This document shows, one piece after another, positions 1 to 9,391 of a DNA stretch of 64,000 nucleotides; within the stretch, counting starts at the first letter, position 1, and each line of letters starts with the position of its first letter. The notes under the pieces were generated by a model that worked only from the letters and a program-made list of their open reading frames with translations, had not been told where the DNA came from and ran no database searches. The position numbers and the translations under genes were made by a program. Origin of the DNA: Pseudobdellovibrionaceae bacterium (GTDB lineage: Bacteria; Bdellovibrionota; Bdellovibrionia; Bdellovibrionales; UBA1609); the NCBI GenBank assembly GCA_030591685.1, contig JAUVAX010000009.1:1900-65899 (forward strand), written 5' to 3'.

Positions 1-2
1 GC

Positions 3-977
3 GACACAGATCATTATGATAATACGGTTATAAAGGGTGTATACTTAAGAGGTCGCTTTAAAGCCCTTGGCATTATATCTAGTAGCAGCGGAGGTCCTCA
101 ATTTGGAGAATCTGTGGCTGGCCATAGTTCTTGGGGAATGGGACTTTCGTTTTGGTTATCAATACACCTGAGCCCATCACTTAAGTACATAGATACTATA
201 GGGTCGTTTGAGGGCGAGACGAGTATTTACTATATTGAAGAATTTGATCTAGGTTTTTACCCTAGAGATACCCCTGACCATCGAGAGGTCGCAACTCTAG
301 GTGAGGGTAATTTTTATTCAGGATTGATTATAGCCTTTCTTATTGATTTATCTCTGAGCGCAGATAATGGCCAAGCTAATAGAGATGAGGGTGCTAGGGA
401 TATTTTATCGAAGCTACTTATTGATTATTCAACAACTAATAATAACCACTTTAAAAGTGTTGGCCCTGCAGTTGAAATTTTACGAGAAAAGCTTTCTCTT
501 GTAAATGGGGAGAAAGTTATGGAGCAAGCCAGTAACAATTTTATTTCGTCAGGCAAGCACATATACGGAGAGGCCCTTAGGCCGGGCACCTGTACACTTT
601 CGCTTGTACCATCACAGAGTGCACAAGACTTATACAATTCTGATCGTTTTTCAGATCACAAGTTTTTCTCTGTTTGGCACCCTGGTGGACCGATCAATAT
701 TAACTTACAAGCAACACAGCAAGACACAGATAATCCTATAGATTTAGATCTCTACCTGTACCGAGAGGGGTTTTTTGTTGCCAGTAACCGGTATATGGCA
801 GGCCTATCAGCGACAGACTTAGTCGAAGCATCGATGAGTTCGAGTTCAGAGATAATTGATTTAGATAGTCTAGATAGTGGTTTTTATATGATAGACGTTT
901 ATGCTAAGCCTAATCTGTCTTATGTGACTGGTGTAGATTACTCGATAAAAATTAACAATGTCGGAGTTTGCCCTTAA
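3..977 (+). CDS. Secreted protein with a C-terminal pre-peptidase (PPC)-like beta-sandwich domain. The 5' end lies off-window.
   Basis: The frame of ORF 114..977 stays open back to nt 3 (DTDHYDNTVIKG...), so the gene is truncated by the window edge. The last ~100 aa (HKFFSVWHPGG..IDLDLYLY..SGFYMIDVYAKP..YSIKI) follow the PPC-domain pattern. The N-terminal catalytic family was not recognised. Confidence 0.5.
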   Translation, partial: DTDHYDNTVIKGVYLRGRFKALGIISSSSGGPQFGESVAGHSSWGMGLSFWLSIHLSPSLKYIDTIGSFEGETSIYYIEEFDLGFYPRDTPDHREVATLGEGNFYSGLIIAFLIDLSLSADNGQANRDEGARDILSKLLIDYSTTNNNHFKSVGPAVEILREKLSLVNGEKVMEQASNNFISSGKHIYGEALRPGTCTLSLVPSQSAQDLYNSDRFSDHKFFSVWHPGGPININLQATQQDTDNPIDLDLYLYREGFFVASNRYMAGLSATDLVEASMSSSSEIIDLDSLDSGFYMIDVYAKPNLSYVTGVDYSIKINNVGVCP

Positions 978-1042
978 TCTGTTATTTGTTAAACTACACA
1001 CCAGAGTTTTAAATAAAAGAGTAGACATATATAGCCTTATTG

Positions 1043-1552
1043 CTATTGGCAAGAAAGGTTATTGAGGTTTTCTATAAAATGCTGTTTGATTTCTAAAAGT
1101 ATTTTTTGGTGTTCCTCATTGCAAAGAAACACGCCTGAGCGGCAAATAGGGCCCGCAAGCCACGCTTCTTCACCTTGAGTGTTTGTGAGGCCTATGCTTG
1201 GTACTGGATAGGCGAGGCATGAAACAGCGCCCTCTTCAAGGGGGGCGGGCTCGCATATTTCGGCGTTTGTAAGTATGCTTTTAAGCTCTAAAAGAACATC
1301 GTTTTCGGGGTTACAAGTCGTTGTAGTTTTGTTGTCGTCTATTGTGATTTCTATTTGCATATTAACAAGGTCTATAACTAAGTAATCTTGAGAGAAGTGA
1401 TCGGTTAAAAATTCAACACGCTCATAGGTCGCCTCGTCAAAAAGAACCACCTGTGATTTCAAGGGCACCGGGGTGAAAGTATCGACCTCTTTACAGTTTT
1501 GAAACTGTAAAATAAGTAGAGAAGACAATATAATATAAAAAGCAAATTTCAT
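1043..1552 (-). CDS. Hypothetical exported protein
   Basis: 169-aa ORF with an N-terminal signal peptide (MKFAFYIILSSLLILQFQNC). No recognisable catalytic motif. Confidence 0.55.
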   Translation of the reverse strand: MKFAFYIILSSLLILQFQNCKEVDTFTPVPLKSQVVLFDEATYERVEFLTDHFSQDYLVIDLVNMQIEITIDDNKTTTTCNPENDVLLELKSILTNAEICEPAPLEEGAVSCLAYPVPSIGLTNTQGEEAWLAGPICRSGVFLCNEEHQKILLEIKQHFIENLNNLSCQ

Positions 1553-2017
1553 GTTAAAGGCCTCATAATAGTAAAAAATAATGCAAAAATCATGCTAAGG
1601 CAAGGGCTCCTCATTGAGTTGTCAGGGCAAATAACTGTTCACCTTTTGGTCGCGTGTATGCTTTAGCTCACTAAAATAAAAGGTGACAAGAGTGTTGCAG
1701 AAGGCGGGGTCATTAGCGACCGGTTATTCAGGCCTCTCGGCTATTTTAATGGATATTTGTGAGTATAAAAATCGAGTAGGCCGCTGTCCCTAATTGATAC
1801 AGTATAGATATGTACCCTCAACATAAGGGGGGCTTTGTGAAGGAGGTCATTTTTAAATTCAAGGGACAGACAGGCTAAGAGGCCGCATGGGCAAAGAAAT
1901 ATTATTTAAAAAATAAGCCCTATTGAGTGTGTTGAATTATTATTTTTTTTCTTATGTATCGACAAGTGGACCTTAAGTGATATAGTTTTTTATTATATTA
2001 AGTAGTTTGGGGTAAGT

Positions 2018-3271
2018 GTGACGAATCAAACGAATACAGATTTTCAGGTTGCAGTGATCGGGGCGGGGCCTTCAGGGGCCTGCATTGCAAACTTACTTCA
2101 GAGCCAAGGTGTGAAGGTGATTGTCTTTGAGCGCGAGGCCTTCCCTCGTTTTTCTATTGGAGAGAGCCTTTTGCCGCAATGCCTCTGTGACTTAGAAGAG
2201 GCGGGGCTCCTTGAGGGGCTTGAGAGCGAGACGTTTCAACTTAAAAGAGGAGCGGCCTTTTTAAGGGGCGAGCAGTATATAGATTTTAATTTTTCTGAAA
2301 AATTCACATCGGGCCTAGGGTATGCCTATCAGGTTAAGAGAGCTGGTTTTGATAAAAATTTAGCTGACCAATGTGTTAAAAATGGAGTTCCCATTCGGTA
2401 TAATCACAAGGTTAAGGAGGTCGTTTTTGACGACGACTCGGCAACGCTTTTAGTTGAAAACTTAAGCTTGAAAACAAGTGAAAAATATAAAGTTAAGTTT
2501 GTTGCTGATGCGAGTGGGTTTGGTCGAGTGTTGCCTAAAATTTTAGGGTTAGATCAAAGGGTGAGTTTGCCAGCACGATTTTCTTTGTTTTCTTATCTTG
2601 AGGACGGCTTTAAGGCAAATATAGATAGAGAAAAAATATTAATTGTTGTGAACAAAAAACGACCGGATATTTGGTATTGGGTGATTCCCTTTTCAGACGG
2701 CACGATTAGTATAGGGGTTGTTGGGGGCGAAGAGCTTTTGGATGATGCCCTCTCTGACGAGGAGCTATTTTTAAAATTACTAGATGATTGCCCAGAACTT
2801 TTACTTAGGGTTAATTACAGAGACTTTACTAAAACTAAAGTCAGAAAAATTAAAAGTTACTCATGTGGGTCGAGCGCTTTATTCGGTAAAAATTATGTAT
2901 TATTAGGTAATGCAGGTGAGTTTATAGACCCCGTATTTTCATCAGGAGTGACAATTGCTTGCCGATCAGCATGTTTAGCTGCGCCATTAATTGTAAATCA
3001 TCTTGAGGGTAAACAAATAAACTGGAAAAATGATTATTCTGACAAGCTCGCTGTGGGTATTGATGTGTTTCGAGCCTTCGTTGACCTTTGGTATGACGGG
3101 ACATTAATGGAGATTTTTTTGGCAAATGATTCGAATAAAAAAATTAGAGAAATGGTCTGTTCCATTTTGGCGGGTTACGCATGGGATGTCGAAAACCCTA
3201 TGGTAAAAGACACAAGGCGGCGACTTGGAGCCTTAAGTGATTGGGTTCAAATAAACCAAGCAGAGCGTTAG
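2018..3271 (+). CDS. Flavin-dependent halogenase (tryptophan-halogenase family)
   Basis: FAD fold GxGxxG (VAVIGAGPSGA). Halogenase signature WxWxIP (DIWYWVIPF). FxxPxxSxG motif (EFIDPVFSSG). GTG start preceded by GGGGTAAG. Confidence 0.75.
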   Translation: MTNQTNTDFQVAVIGAGPSGACIANLLQSQGVKVIVFEREAFPRFSIGESLLPQCLCDLEEAGLLEGLESETFQLKRGAAFLRGEQYIDFNFSEKFTSGLGYAYQVKRAGFDKNLADQCVKNGVPIRYNHKVKEVVFDDDSATLLVENLSLKTSEKYKVKFVADASGFGRVLPKILGLDQRVSLPARFSLFSYLEDGFKANIDREKILIVVNKKRPDIWYWVIPFSDGTISIGVVGGEELLDDALSDEELFLKLLDDCPELLLRVNYRDFTKTKVRKIKSYSCGSSALFGKNYVLLGNAGEFIDPVFSSGVTIACRSACLAAPLIVNHLEGKQINWKNDYSDKLAVGIDVFRAFVDLWYDGTLMEIFLANDSNKKIREMVCSILAGYAWDVENPMVKDTRRRLGALSDWVQINQAER

Positions 3272-3421
3272 TTGCTGTTTGATTTTGTGACTGTTGGTGG
3301 CCTATAATTACCAAATTACGGCGATACACGGACCCATTTGTTTTAAAAAATACGCCCATAGATTGTAACGTCAAAAGTTGTGGTTTTTAAACTATTAATC
3401 GAAAGCAACTAAGAGAAATAA

Positions 3422-4165
3422 ATGAGCAAGGACTTTGGAATTAAAAAATTAATAGCTTGGACCCCTTCGGTTAAAAATGAAGAAGAGGGCGCCCTTGACG
3501 GCGACATTTACAAGGACTTTCATTGGTCCAGGTCGGAGAAATATATTGCTAAAAAAGTCCCCAAGAGCCACATGAGGAGAATGAGCCAGCTTTCTAAAAT
3601 GACCGTTGATCTTGCGATGAAAGTGACTAATGAAGAGAGCTTCGACCATGCCGTATTTTCGTCAAGGTATGGAGAGCTGGTTAACACTGTTGATCTAATA
3701 AAAATGCTTTGTCGTAGTGAAGAACTGTCGCCAACTAAATTTTCACAATCTGTTCATAATACCTCTAGTGGTTTGTTTTCAATTTTATCGGGCTCTCAGG
3801 CCTCAATGGAGTCGGTGTCCTCTGGGGAAAACAGTTTTTCTTCAGGTTTAGTTTCGGCATTAAGTTATATATTTACTCACCCGCATCAGAAGGTGTTATA
3901 TGTATATTCGGATGATCAGGTACCCAAACCTTTGTTTTCACACGCTGATTTTTTTGACCGTGAAAAAATTGGGGTTGCTATGCTACTTACCTCTGAGGGT
4001 GTGGGGTTAAAGGCCTCTGTTCACCAAGAGTATGAAGCCGACAAGCCGCGCTTACTAAAGAAAAGCTCACAGGCCCGGTCATTTTTAAAGCAATTTTTTA
4101 CAGAGAAATTAAAAAATATTAATTTGCAGGATTCTCATTATGAATTACAAATCTCTTTGTTATAG
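3422..4165 (+). CDS. Ketosynthase-related protein lacking the active-site Cys (chain-length-factor-like, ApeC-like)
   Basis: 247 aa. The KS-like stretch FSQSVHNTSSGLFSI has no nucleophilic Cys. The gene sits directly upstream of the acyltransferase/ACP genes, as ApeC does in ape clusters. Confidence 0.6.
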   Translation: MSKDFGIKKLIAWTPSVKNEEEGALDGDIYKDFHWSRSEKYIAKKVPKSHMRRMSQLSKMTVDLAMKVTNEESFDHAVFSSRYGELVNTVDLIKMLCRSEELSPTKFSQSVHNTSSGLFSILSGSQASMESVSSGENSFSSGLVSALSYIFTHPHQKVLYVYSDDQVPKPLFSHADFFDREKIGVAMLLTSEGVGLKASVHQEYEADKPRLLKKSSQARSFLKQFFTEKLKNINLQDSHYELQISLL

Positions 4166-4928
4166 AGTTAATTATATTTGGAGACTGCTCGCAACGGGGC
4201 TTTATTTTTTTATTTTTAGCGTCGGAGGACTAATTTTAAGTGCAATTGTTTTTCCGGCATTAGGGCTATTAGTTCGAGACAAAGTTAGGCGAAAAAAAAG
4301 TGCTCGCTATATTATTCGATGCTGCTTTCGAAGTTTTCTATGGGCCCTCCATTACAGTGGTATATTAAAGTTCAAAGGAGTGGGTCTAGAGGCGCTAGAG
4401 AATGACCGGGGCGTGGTTATAGTGGCAAACCACCCTACGTTAATAGATGTAATTGTGCTTATGGCCGTCGCCCCTAATGTGAATTGTGTTGTAAAAAAAG
4501 CTCTACTCAAGAGCCCTTTTCTTGGGGGGGTTGTAAGTGCCGCTGGATATATCCCAAATGATGGGCCTGAAAACATCTTAAATCTATGCAAAGAGTCCCT
4601 GAGCCGCGGTGAAAACTTAATCATTTTTCCGGAGGGGACGAGAAGCGTTCCTGGCGAGCCATTGCTTCTAAGGCGCGGCGCGGCGCGCGTTGCTTTTCAT
4701 TCGGGGGCCTCTCTTAGGCCCATTAAAATAACAGTGACCCCTCCCATGCTGACAAAATCAAAGCCGTGGTATGGTATACCTAAAAAGCGAGCACTTTTTT
4801 TAGTTCAAGTTCAGGACTTAATGTCGACGAATATATTTATAAAATCAAGAATCAGACCCTCAATTGCGGTGCGAAGAATTACAAGTGAGATCAAGGTAAA
4901 TATTGACCCGGCATTGCCCTTATTATGA
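4140..4928 (+). CDS. Lysophospholipid (1-acyl-glycerol-3-phosphate-type) acyltransferase, ApeD-like
   Basis: HX4D motif (NHPTLID), the FPEGTRS motif and an N-terminal TM segment. Confidence 0.8.
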   Translation: MNYKSLCYRVNYIWRLLATGLYFFIFSVGGLILSAIVFPALGLLVRDKVRRKKSARYIIRCCFRSFLWALHYSGILKFKGVGLEALENDRGVVIVANHPTLIDVIVLMAVAPNVNCVVKKALLKSPFLGGVVSAAGYIPNDGPENILNLCKESLSRGENLIIFPEGTRSVPGEPLLLRRGAARVAFHSGASLRPIKITVTPPMLTKSKPWYGIPKKRALFLVQVQDLMSTNIFIKSRIRPSIAVRRITSEIKVNIDPALPLL

Positions 4929-4984
4929 TATTGATTTATTAATCTTACGGGGTATAGTTATTAAATATCTATAGGGGGGTTGCA

Positions 4985-5284
4985 TTGGATAACTTAGAGA
5001 GCAGTATTAAAGCTCTTATTATTGAGACTCTGAATTTAGAGGACATGGGCGTTGAAGAAATTGAAACAGACGCCCCCCTGTTCGTTGATGGCTTAGGCCT
5101 TGACTCGATTGATGCCTTGGAACTTGGGGTTGCGATCAAAAAAAAATACAATGTTTCAATTAAGGCTGAAGACAGTAAGGTGCAGAGTCACTTTTCTTCG
5201 GTAAAATCATTAGCTGAGTTTATACGAAGTAATGTTTCAGACACGGGGGGGGGCATTAATGGTACCTCAAGAACAAGTTTTTAG
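4985..5284 (+). CDS. Acyl carrier protein (ApeE-like)
   Basis: Phosphopantetheine attachment motif GLGLDSIDALEL. TTG start after AGGGGGG. The ACP fold ends around ..FIRSNVS, and the tail runs through a G9 tract. Confidence 0.8.
   Translation: MDNLESSIKALIIETLNLEDMGVEEIETDAPLFVDGLGLDSIDALELGVAIKKKYNVSIKAEDSKVQSHFSSVKSLAEFIRSNVSDTGGGINGTSRTSF
5245..5253 (+). repeat. Homopolymeric G9 tract at the ACP1/ACP2 junction
   Basis: Counted directly: acacGGGGGGGGGcatta. It is the longest G run I noticed in this AT-rich window. Confidence 0.9.
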
Positions 5285-5525
5285 AAAAATTTCAGACTTA
5301 ATGGAGGAGCTTTTCGAGGTCCCTAAATCTGATATTAAAATGGAAAGTAAACTATACGATGACTTGGGGCTTGATAGTATTGACGCTATTGATTTAATAG
5401 GTGAACTACAGTCATTTGTAGGTCGACGCCTAAAGCCTGAGGATTTTAAGACGGTTTATACTGTTGGCGATGTCGTGAAAGCAGCTGAAGATGTTTTGAG
5501 TGAACAAAAAGACACAACCCTTTAA
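5259..5525 (+). CDS. Acyl carrier protein (ApeF-like)
   Basis: Motif DLGLDSIDAIDL. I prefer the ATG at 5259 (5 nt after the G-run, which could act as the SD) over the track start at 5232. Both are in the same frame. Confidence 0.75.
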   Translation: MVPQEQVFRKISDLMEELFEVPKSDIKMESKLYDDLGLDSIDAIDLIGELQSFVGRRLKPEDFKTVYTVGDVVKAAEDVLSEQKDTTL

Positions 5526-6090
5526 CTTTATTCAAATTTTATTTTTTTTGATAAGTCTCGCTTATCCAGCCTTGATATATTTTGGGGTCCAAAGGGTTGG
5601 CTTTGGAGTCATATTTTCTGGATTGACAGTTTTAGTGCTGCTAAAAATATTTTTAACGAAACCGAATAAGTCTAAAGGGCGCCTTCAAAAGTTGGGTGCA
5701 CTTATTTTAATACTACTGGCAGCAGTTTCTTTTGTTTCTGGTGATAAAAAATTTCTGCAACTTTACCCCTTGGTGGTCAACACAAGTTTTTTTGTTTTAT
5801 TTACCTCAAGTCTATTTAAGTCACAAAATATCGTTGAAACATTTGCTCGAATAAAAGAACCACTTTTACCTAAAAGAGCCGTACTGTACACAAGGAGAGT
5901 GACGATGGTGTGGTCAGCATTTTTTTTAATTAACGCCATGATCGTTATTTATACTATATACTTTTCGACCTTTGAGTTTTGGGCATTTTATAATGGTTTT
6001 TTAAGTTATATTTTTATAGGGAGTTTGTTTTCGTTAGAGTTTATTGTGAGAACTTATGTGAAGAAAAAGTGGGCGTCTCAAAATGTTTAG
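5500..6090 (+). CDS. Integral membrane protein (ApeG/COG4648-like)
   Basis: 196 aa with about 5-6 hydrophobic segments and a GTG start. Its position between the ACPs and the adenylating enzyme matches ape clusters. Confidence 0.6.
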   Translation: MNKKTQPFNFIQILFFLISLAYPALIYFGVQRVGFGVIFSGLTVLVLLKIFLTKPNKSKGRLQKLGALILILLAAVSFVSGDKKFLQLYPLVVNTSFFVLFTSSLFKSQNIVETFARIKEPLLPKRAVLYTRRVTMVWSAFFLINAMIVIYTIYFSTFEFWAFYNGFLSYIFIGSLFSLEFIVRTYVKKKWASQNV

Positions 6091-7381
6091 TCTTACGGAC
6101 ATATTTAAAAACAAACAAAGCTTTATAGGGCCTCATGGGCGTGTGATATCGAGAGACCATTTTATTTCTCAGGTTTTAACCATGGCACAAGGGCTTTCGG
6201 CTGAGCCGATAAAAAAAGTGAATCTATACATTGAGGATGCTTACTTGTTTTCAGTCTGCTTCTTTGCCTCAATTTTGAGCGGCAAAGAGGTGACGTTATT
6301 TGCAAACAATAAGCACATTCAAAAAAACAGTTTTGAGGATGATATTTGGCTAACAGATGCAACGTGGAAAAGGTATTTGTCAGGGGATTCTAGATTTAAA
6401 ACACTTTACTTAAACTCAAAAGCTAAGGTTTTCTTTTATACCTCCGGCAGCTCTGGAAAACCTAAAAAAATTGAAAAAACTTTTTTTAATTTATTTGAAG
6501 AGGCCAAGGTGCTTGAAAATAAATTTGGAGAAAAAACCTTTGGTTTTGATGTTGTAGCAAGCGTGTCACATAATCACATCTATGGATTTTTATTTAAAAT
6601 ACTGTGGCCGCTGATGTCAGGCAAAAAAATAGTTATAGAGAACTGCCGATATCAAGAGGATCTTTTTGCATATAGTAAGAATAATAAATTTATATTTATC
6701 TCTAGCCCCGCTTTTTTTAAAAGGTTGGATGATCGAATTGGCCCACCAGAGGGGCTTAAGTGTGTTTTTAGTTCAGGAGGACTTCTTTTAAAGAAGCTTT
6801 CAGATCAAGTTTTATTAAAATTAAAGAGCCGACCTATTGAGGTGCTAGGCAGTACTGAGACAGGGGGAGTTGCCTATCGAGTACAAGATAATGAGCATGA
6901 TTTATGGGAGCTTTTCGGCGGTGTAGAGGCTGAGCCAACAGAGACTCACCAGTTGCGAGTGATCAGCCCCTTTATTTTGAAAAAGAGCTTTGTAATGGGA
7001 GATCGTGTTGAGTTTGTTTCTAAAAATAAATTTAAATTGTTAGGTCGATCTGATCGAATTGTAAAAATTGAGGATAAGCGTGTTTCCTTGGTTGAGATAG
7101 AAATTAATTTATGTGGACATGAGTATGTATCAGACTGTGCAGTGCTGGCTTTAGAAATTTCGGGTCGCCAGCAGACAGGGGCCATTATAGTGCTGAGCCC
7201 TTCCGGTCTTCTTTGGAGCAAAGGGTTAAGTGGGCATCAGACTAATCAGTTTTTTCGTGAATTCCTTGCCGAGAGCTTTGATCTTATTTCGGTGCCTAGA
7301 AGGTTTAGGTATGTAAGCGAAATTCATATTAACTCCCAGGCCAAAAGGGATTTTCAGGAGCTTGAAAGGGTGTTTTTATGA
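6083..7381 (+). CDS. AMP-dependent synthetase/ligase (aryl starter-unit adenylating enzyme, ApeH-like)
   Basis: AMP-binding core motif YTSGSSGKPKKI. GSTETGG motif downstream. Confidence 0.8.
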   Translation: MFSLTDIFKNKQSFIGPHGRVISRDHFISQVLTMAQGLSAEPIKKVNLYIEDAYLFSVCFFASILSGKEVTLFANNKHIQKNSFEDDIWLTDATWKRYLSGDSRFKTLYLNSKAKVFFYTSGSSGKPKKIEKTFFNLFEEAKVLENKFGEKTFGFDVVASVSHNHIYGFLFKILWPLMSGKKIVIENCRYQEDLFAYSKNNKFIFISSPAFFKRLDDRIGPPEGLKCVFSSGGLLLKKLSDQVLLKLKSRPIEVLGSTETGGVAYRVQDNEHDLWELFGGVEAEPTETHQLRVISPFILKKSFVMGDRVEFVSKNKFKLLGRSDRIVKIEDKRVSLVEIEINLCGHEYVSDCAVLALEISGRQQTGAIIVLSPSGLLWSKGLSGHQTNQFFREFLAESFDLISVPRRFRYVSEIHINSQAKRDFQELERVFL

Positions 7382-7737
7382 CCCAAAGCTTATGGAGTCC
7401 TGAGGTGACAGTGTTGAAAAAAGAAAAGCTTAGCAGGGAGCTTTCGCTATTATTCCCTTCAGATCTGGAAATATTTAAGGGGCACTTTCCTGGTTTTGCA
7501 ATAACCCCTGGGGTTGTATTGATACACTCAGTAGTTACAATATCAAAAGAGGCTTTTGATATTCAAGGTGGGCTAGAGATTCCTAATATGAAATTTATGT
7601 CACCAATTTCTCCTGATATTAAAATTAATCTTAATTTAAACTGGGACCTTAAAAGAAGAGTTGTTTTGTTTAAATTTTATATTTCACAAAAAGTCTTCGC
7701 AAAGGGGGATTTAAAATTTGGAGAAGACAATGAGTGA
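7378..7737 (+). CDS. Hotdog-fold dehydratase subunit (FabZ-like, ApeI-like)
   Basis: FKGHFPGFAITPGVVLIHS resembles the FabA/FabZ HFP..P..PG motif. ATGA overlap with the upstream gene. Confidence 0.65.
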   Translation: MTQSLWSPEVTVLKKEKLSRELSLLFPSDLEIFKGHFPGFAITPGVVLIHSVVTISKEAFDIQGGLEIPNMKFMSPISPDIKINLNLNWDLKRRVVLFKFYISQKVFAKGDLKFGEDNE

Positions 7738-9391
7738 GTATTGTTTCTTAATCCCATCGTATCAGCATTCACAGCAATTAGATTTTATTCTTCAAGAGAT
7801 TTCGAGTTATTCAATGCCTTGTGCTGTTATAAATGATGGCAGCGATAAGGAGCATTCAGAAAGGCTGAGGGCTTTGTGCTTAAAGTATTCATGGGTACAC
7901 CTCGTCGAGCATAAGAGTAATCAGGGTAAAGGCGGGGCTGTTATGACAGGCCTTGCAAAGGCCAAATCTTTAGGGTGTTCCCATGCCGTTCAAATAGACT
8001 CAGACGGCCAGCATGATTTAAAAAAGATAAACGCCTTAATTGATGAGTCCAAAAAATATCCCACAGCACTTATTTCGGGGCAGCCGGTATATGATAAATC
8101 CGTTCCGTGGGGTCGAAAATTAGGTCGTTATTTAACTCATTTTTGGGTGTGGGTAGAGACACTCAGTTTTCAGATTAAAGATAGCATGTGTGGATTTAGA
8201 GTTTACCCTTTAGACTCTACAGCAGATGTTCTGAAAAATAAAAGTGTCGGTCGACGTATGGATTTTGATGTTGAAATTCTGGTGCGACTTTTTTGGAGAA
8301 AGGTCGCTATAAAATTTATCCCAGTAAAAGTAACTTACCCTAAGGGCGGGTCGTCGAACTTTAATATTATTAAGGACAACTTACTGATTACAAAAATGCA
8401 TACAAAACTATGTTTAGGAATGATTATTAGATTCCCATTTTTATTGGCAAATAAAATATTCGCGACTAAAGTGACTCATTGGTCGAGGTCAGAAGAAAAG
8501 GGCATGCTCATAGGGATTCGATTTTTATTTTTAACCCATAAAATATTTGGCCATACTGTGGTGCAGTTTTTTTTAAAACTCGTTTGTTTTTACTATCAGA
8601 TTTTTGCCTTTCAAGCCAGGCGTGCATCAAAAGATTTTAAAGCGACGTATCTCTCATATTGTTATAAAAATAATATCTCTCCGAAAGGTATATCTATTTT
8701 TTCACACCTGTACTCTTTTGCAGACTCTATGCTAGATAAACTAATGGTTTATCAGGGGCTTTATTATCGTACTATTTTTCATAAACAAGATTTAGATAAA
8801 TTTGATCAGCTAAAAAAGACAAAGCCTGGTGGGGTTTTTATTGGAGCTCATTTTGGAAATATAGAAATAGCAAGAGCCCTTGGTCATGAAAACCCGGATA
8901 AAAACTTTGTTGCACTTACTTATACCGATAATGCTTTGAAATTTAATAAAAGCATTAATTTGATTAATCCCAAGGCGTCAATGAATATGATTTCAGTTAA
9001 ATCGTTCACCCCTGAAGTGGCTATAGAGTTAAAAGAGAGGGTCGATCGCGGCGAGTGGGTCTTTGTTATGGGTGACAGGGGCTCTGTGACAAATGTTAAA
9101 CGTTCAATTGCTGTTGAAATTTTAGGTCGAAAGGCTTTTTTGCCATTTGGCTCCTTTTTACTGGCTTATTTATTGAAGGTACCAGTTTATTCAATTTTTT
9201 GTTATAAGGAGAGGGGTCAATTTAGACTTAAATTTAAAGAAATAACCCCCCGTACAGAGACAGGGGCCTTAAATCGAAGTGAATACATGGATAGATTGGC
9301 AAAGCAGTACGGACAGGATTTAACAGAAAAAATAATCGAGGCCCCACTGCAGTGGTACAACTTTTTTATGTTTTGGAAGAAGTATGATTAA
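7730..9391 (+). CDS. Bifunctional family-2 glycosyltransferase / LpxL-type lipid acyltransferase (ApeJ-like)
   Basis: The N-terminal GT2 pattern (CFLIPSYQ.., QIDSDGQHD), central TM segments and a C-terminal half of acyltransferase size. The ATG at 7730 follows GGAG by 6 nt. The track start at 7718 is a TTG. Confidence 0.7.
   Translation: MSEYCFLIPSYQHSQQLDFILQEISSYSMPCAVINDGSDKEHSERLRALCLKYSWVHLVEHKSNQGKGGAVMTGLAKAKSLGCSHAVQIDSDGQHDLKKINALIDESKKYPTALISGQPVYDKSVPWGRKLGRYLTHFWVWVETLSFQIKDSMCGFRVYPLDSTADVLKNKSVGRRMDFDVEILVRLFWRKVAIKFIPVKVTYPKGGSSNFNIIKDNLLITKMHTKLCLGMIIRFPFLLANKIFATKVTHWSRSEEKGMLIGIRFLFLTHKIFGHTVVQFFLKLVCFYYQIFAFQARRASKDFKATYLSYCYKNNISPKGISIFSHLYSFADSMLDKLMVYQGLYYRTIFHKQDLDKFDQLKKTKPGGVFIGAHFGNIEIARALGHENPDKNFVALTYTDNALKFNKSINLINPKASMNMISVKSFTPEVAIELKERVDRGEWVFVMGDRGSVTNVKRSIAVEILGRKAFLPFGSFLLAYLLKVPVYSIFCYKERGQFRLKFKEITPRTETGALNRSEYMDRLAKQYGQDLTEKIIEAPLQWYNFFMFWKKYD

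Noticed and set aside
5232-5258. ATG at 5232 as the start of the second ACP
   Set aside because: It would place 9 extra codons, including the G9 tract, inside ACP2 and overlap ACP1 by 53 nt. The ATG at 5259 with the G-run as its SD is preferred. The choice remains open because both are in frame.
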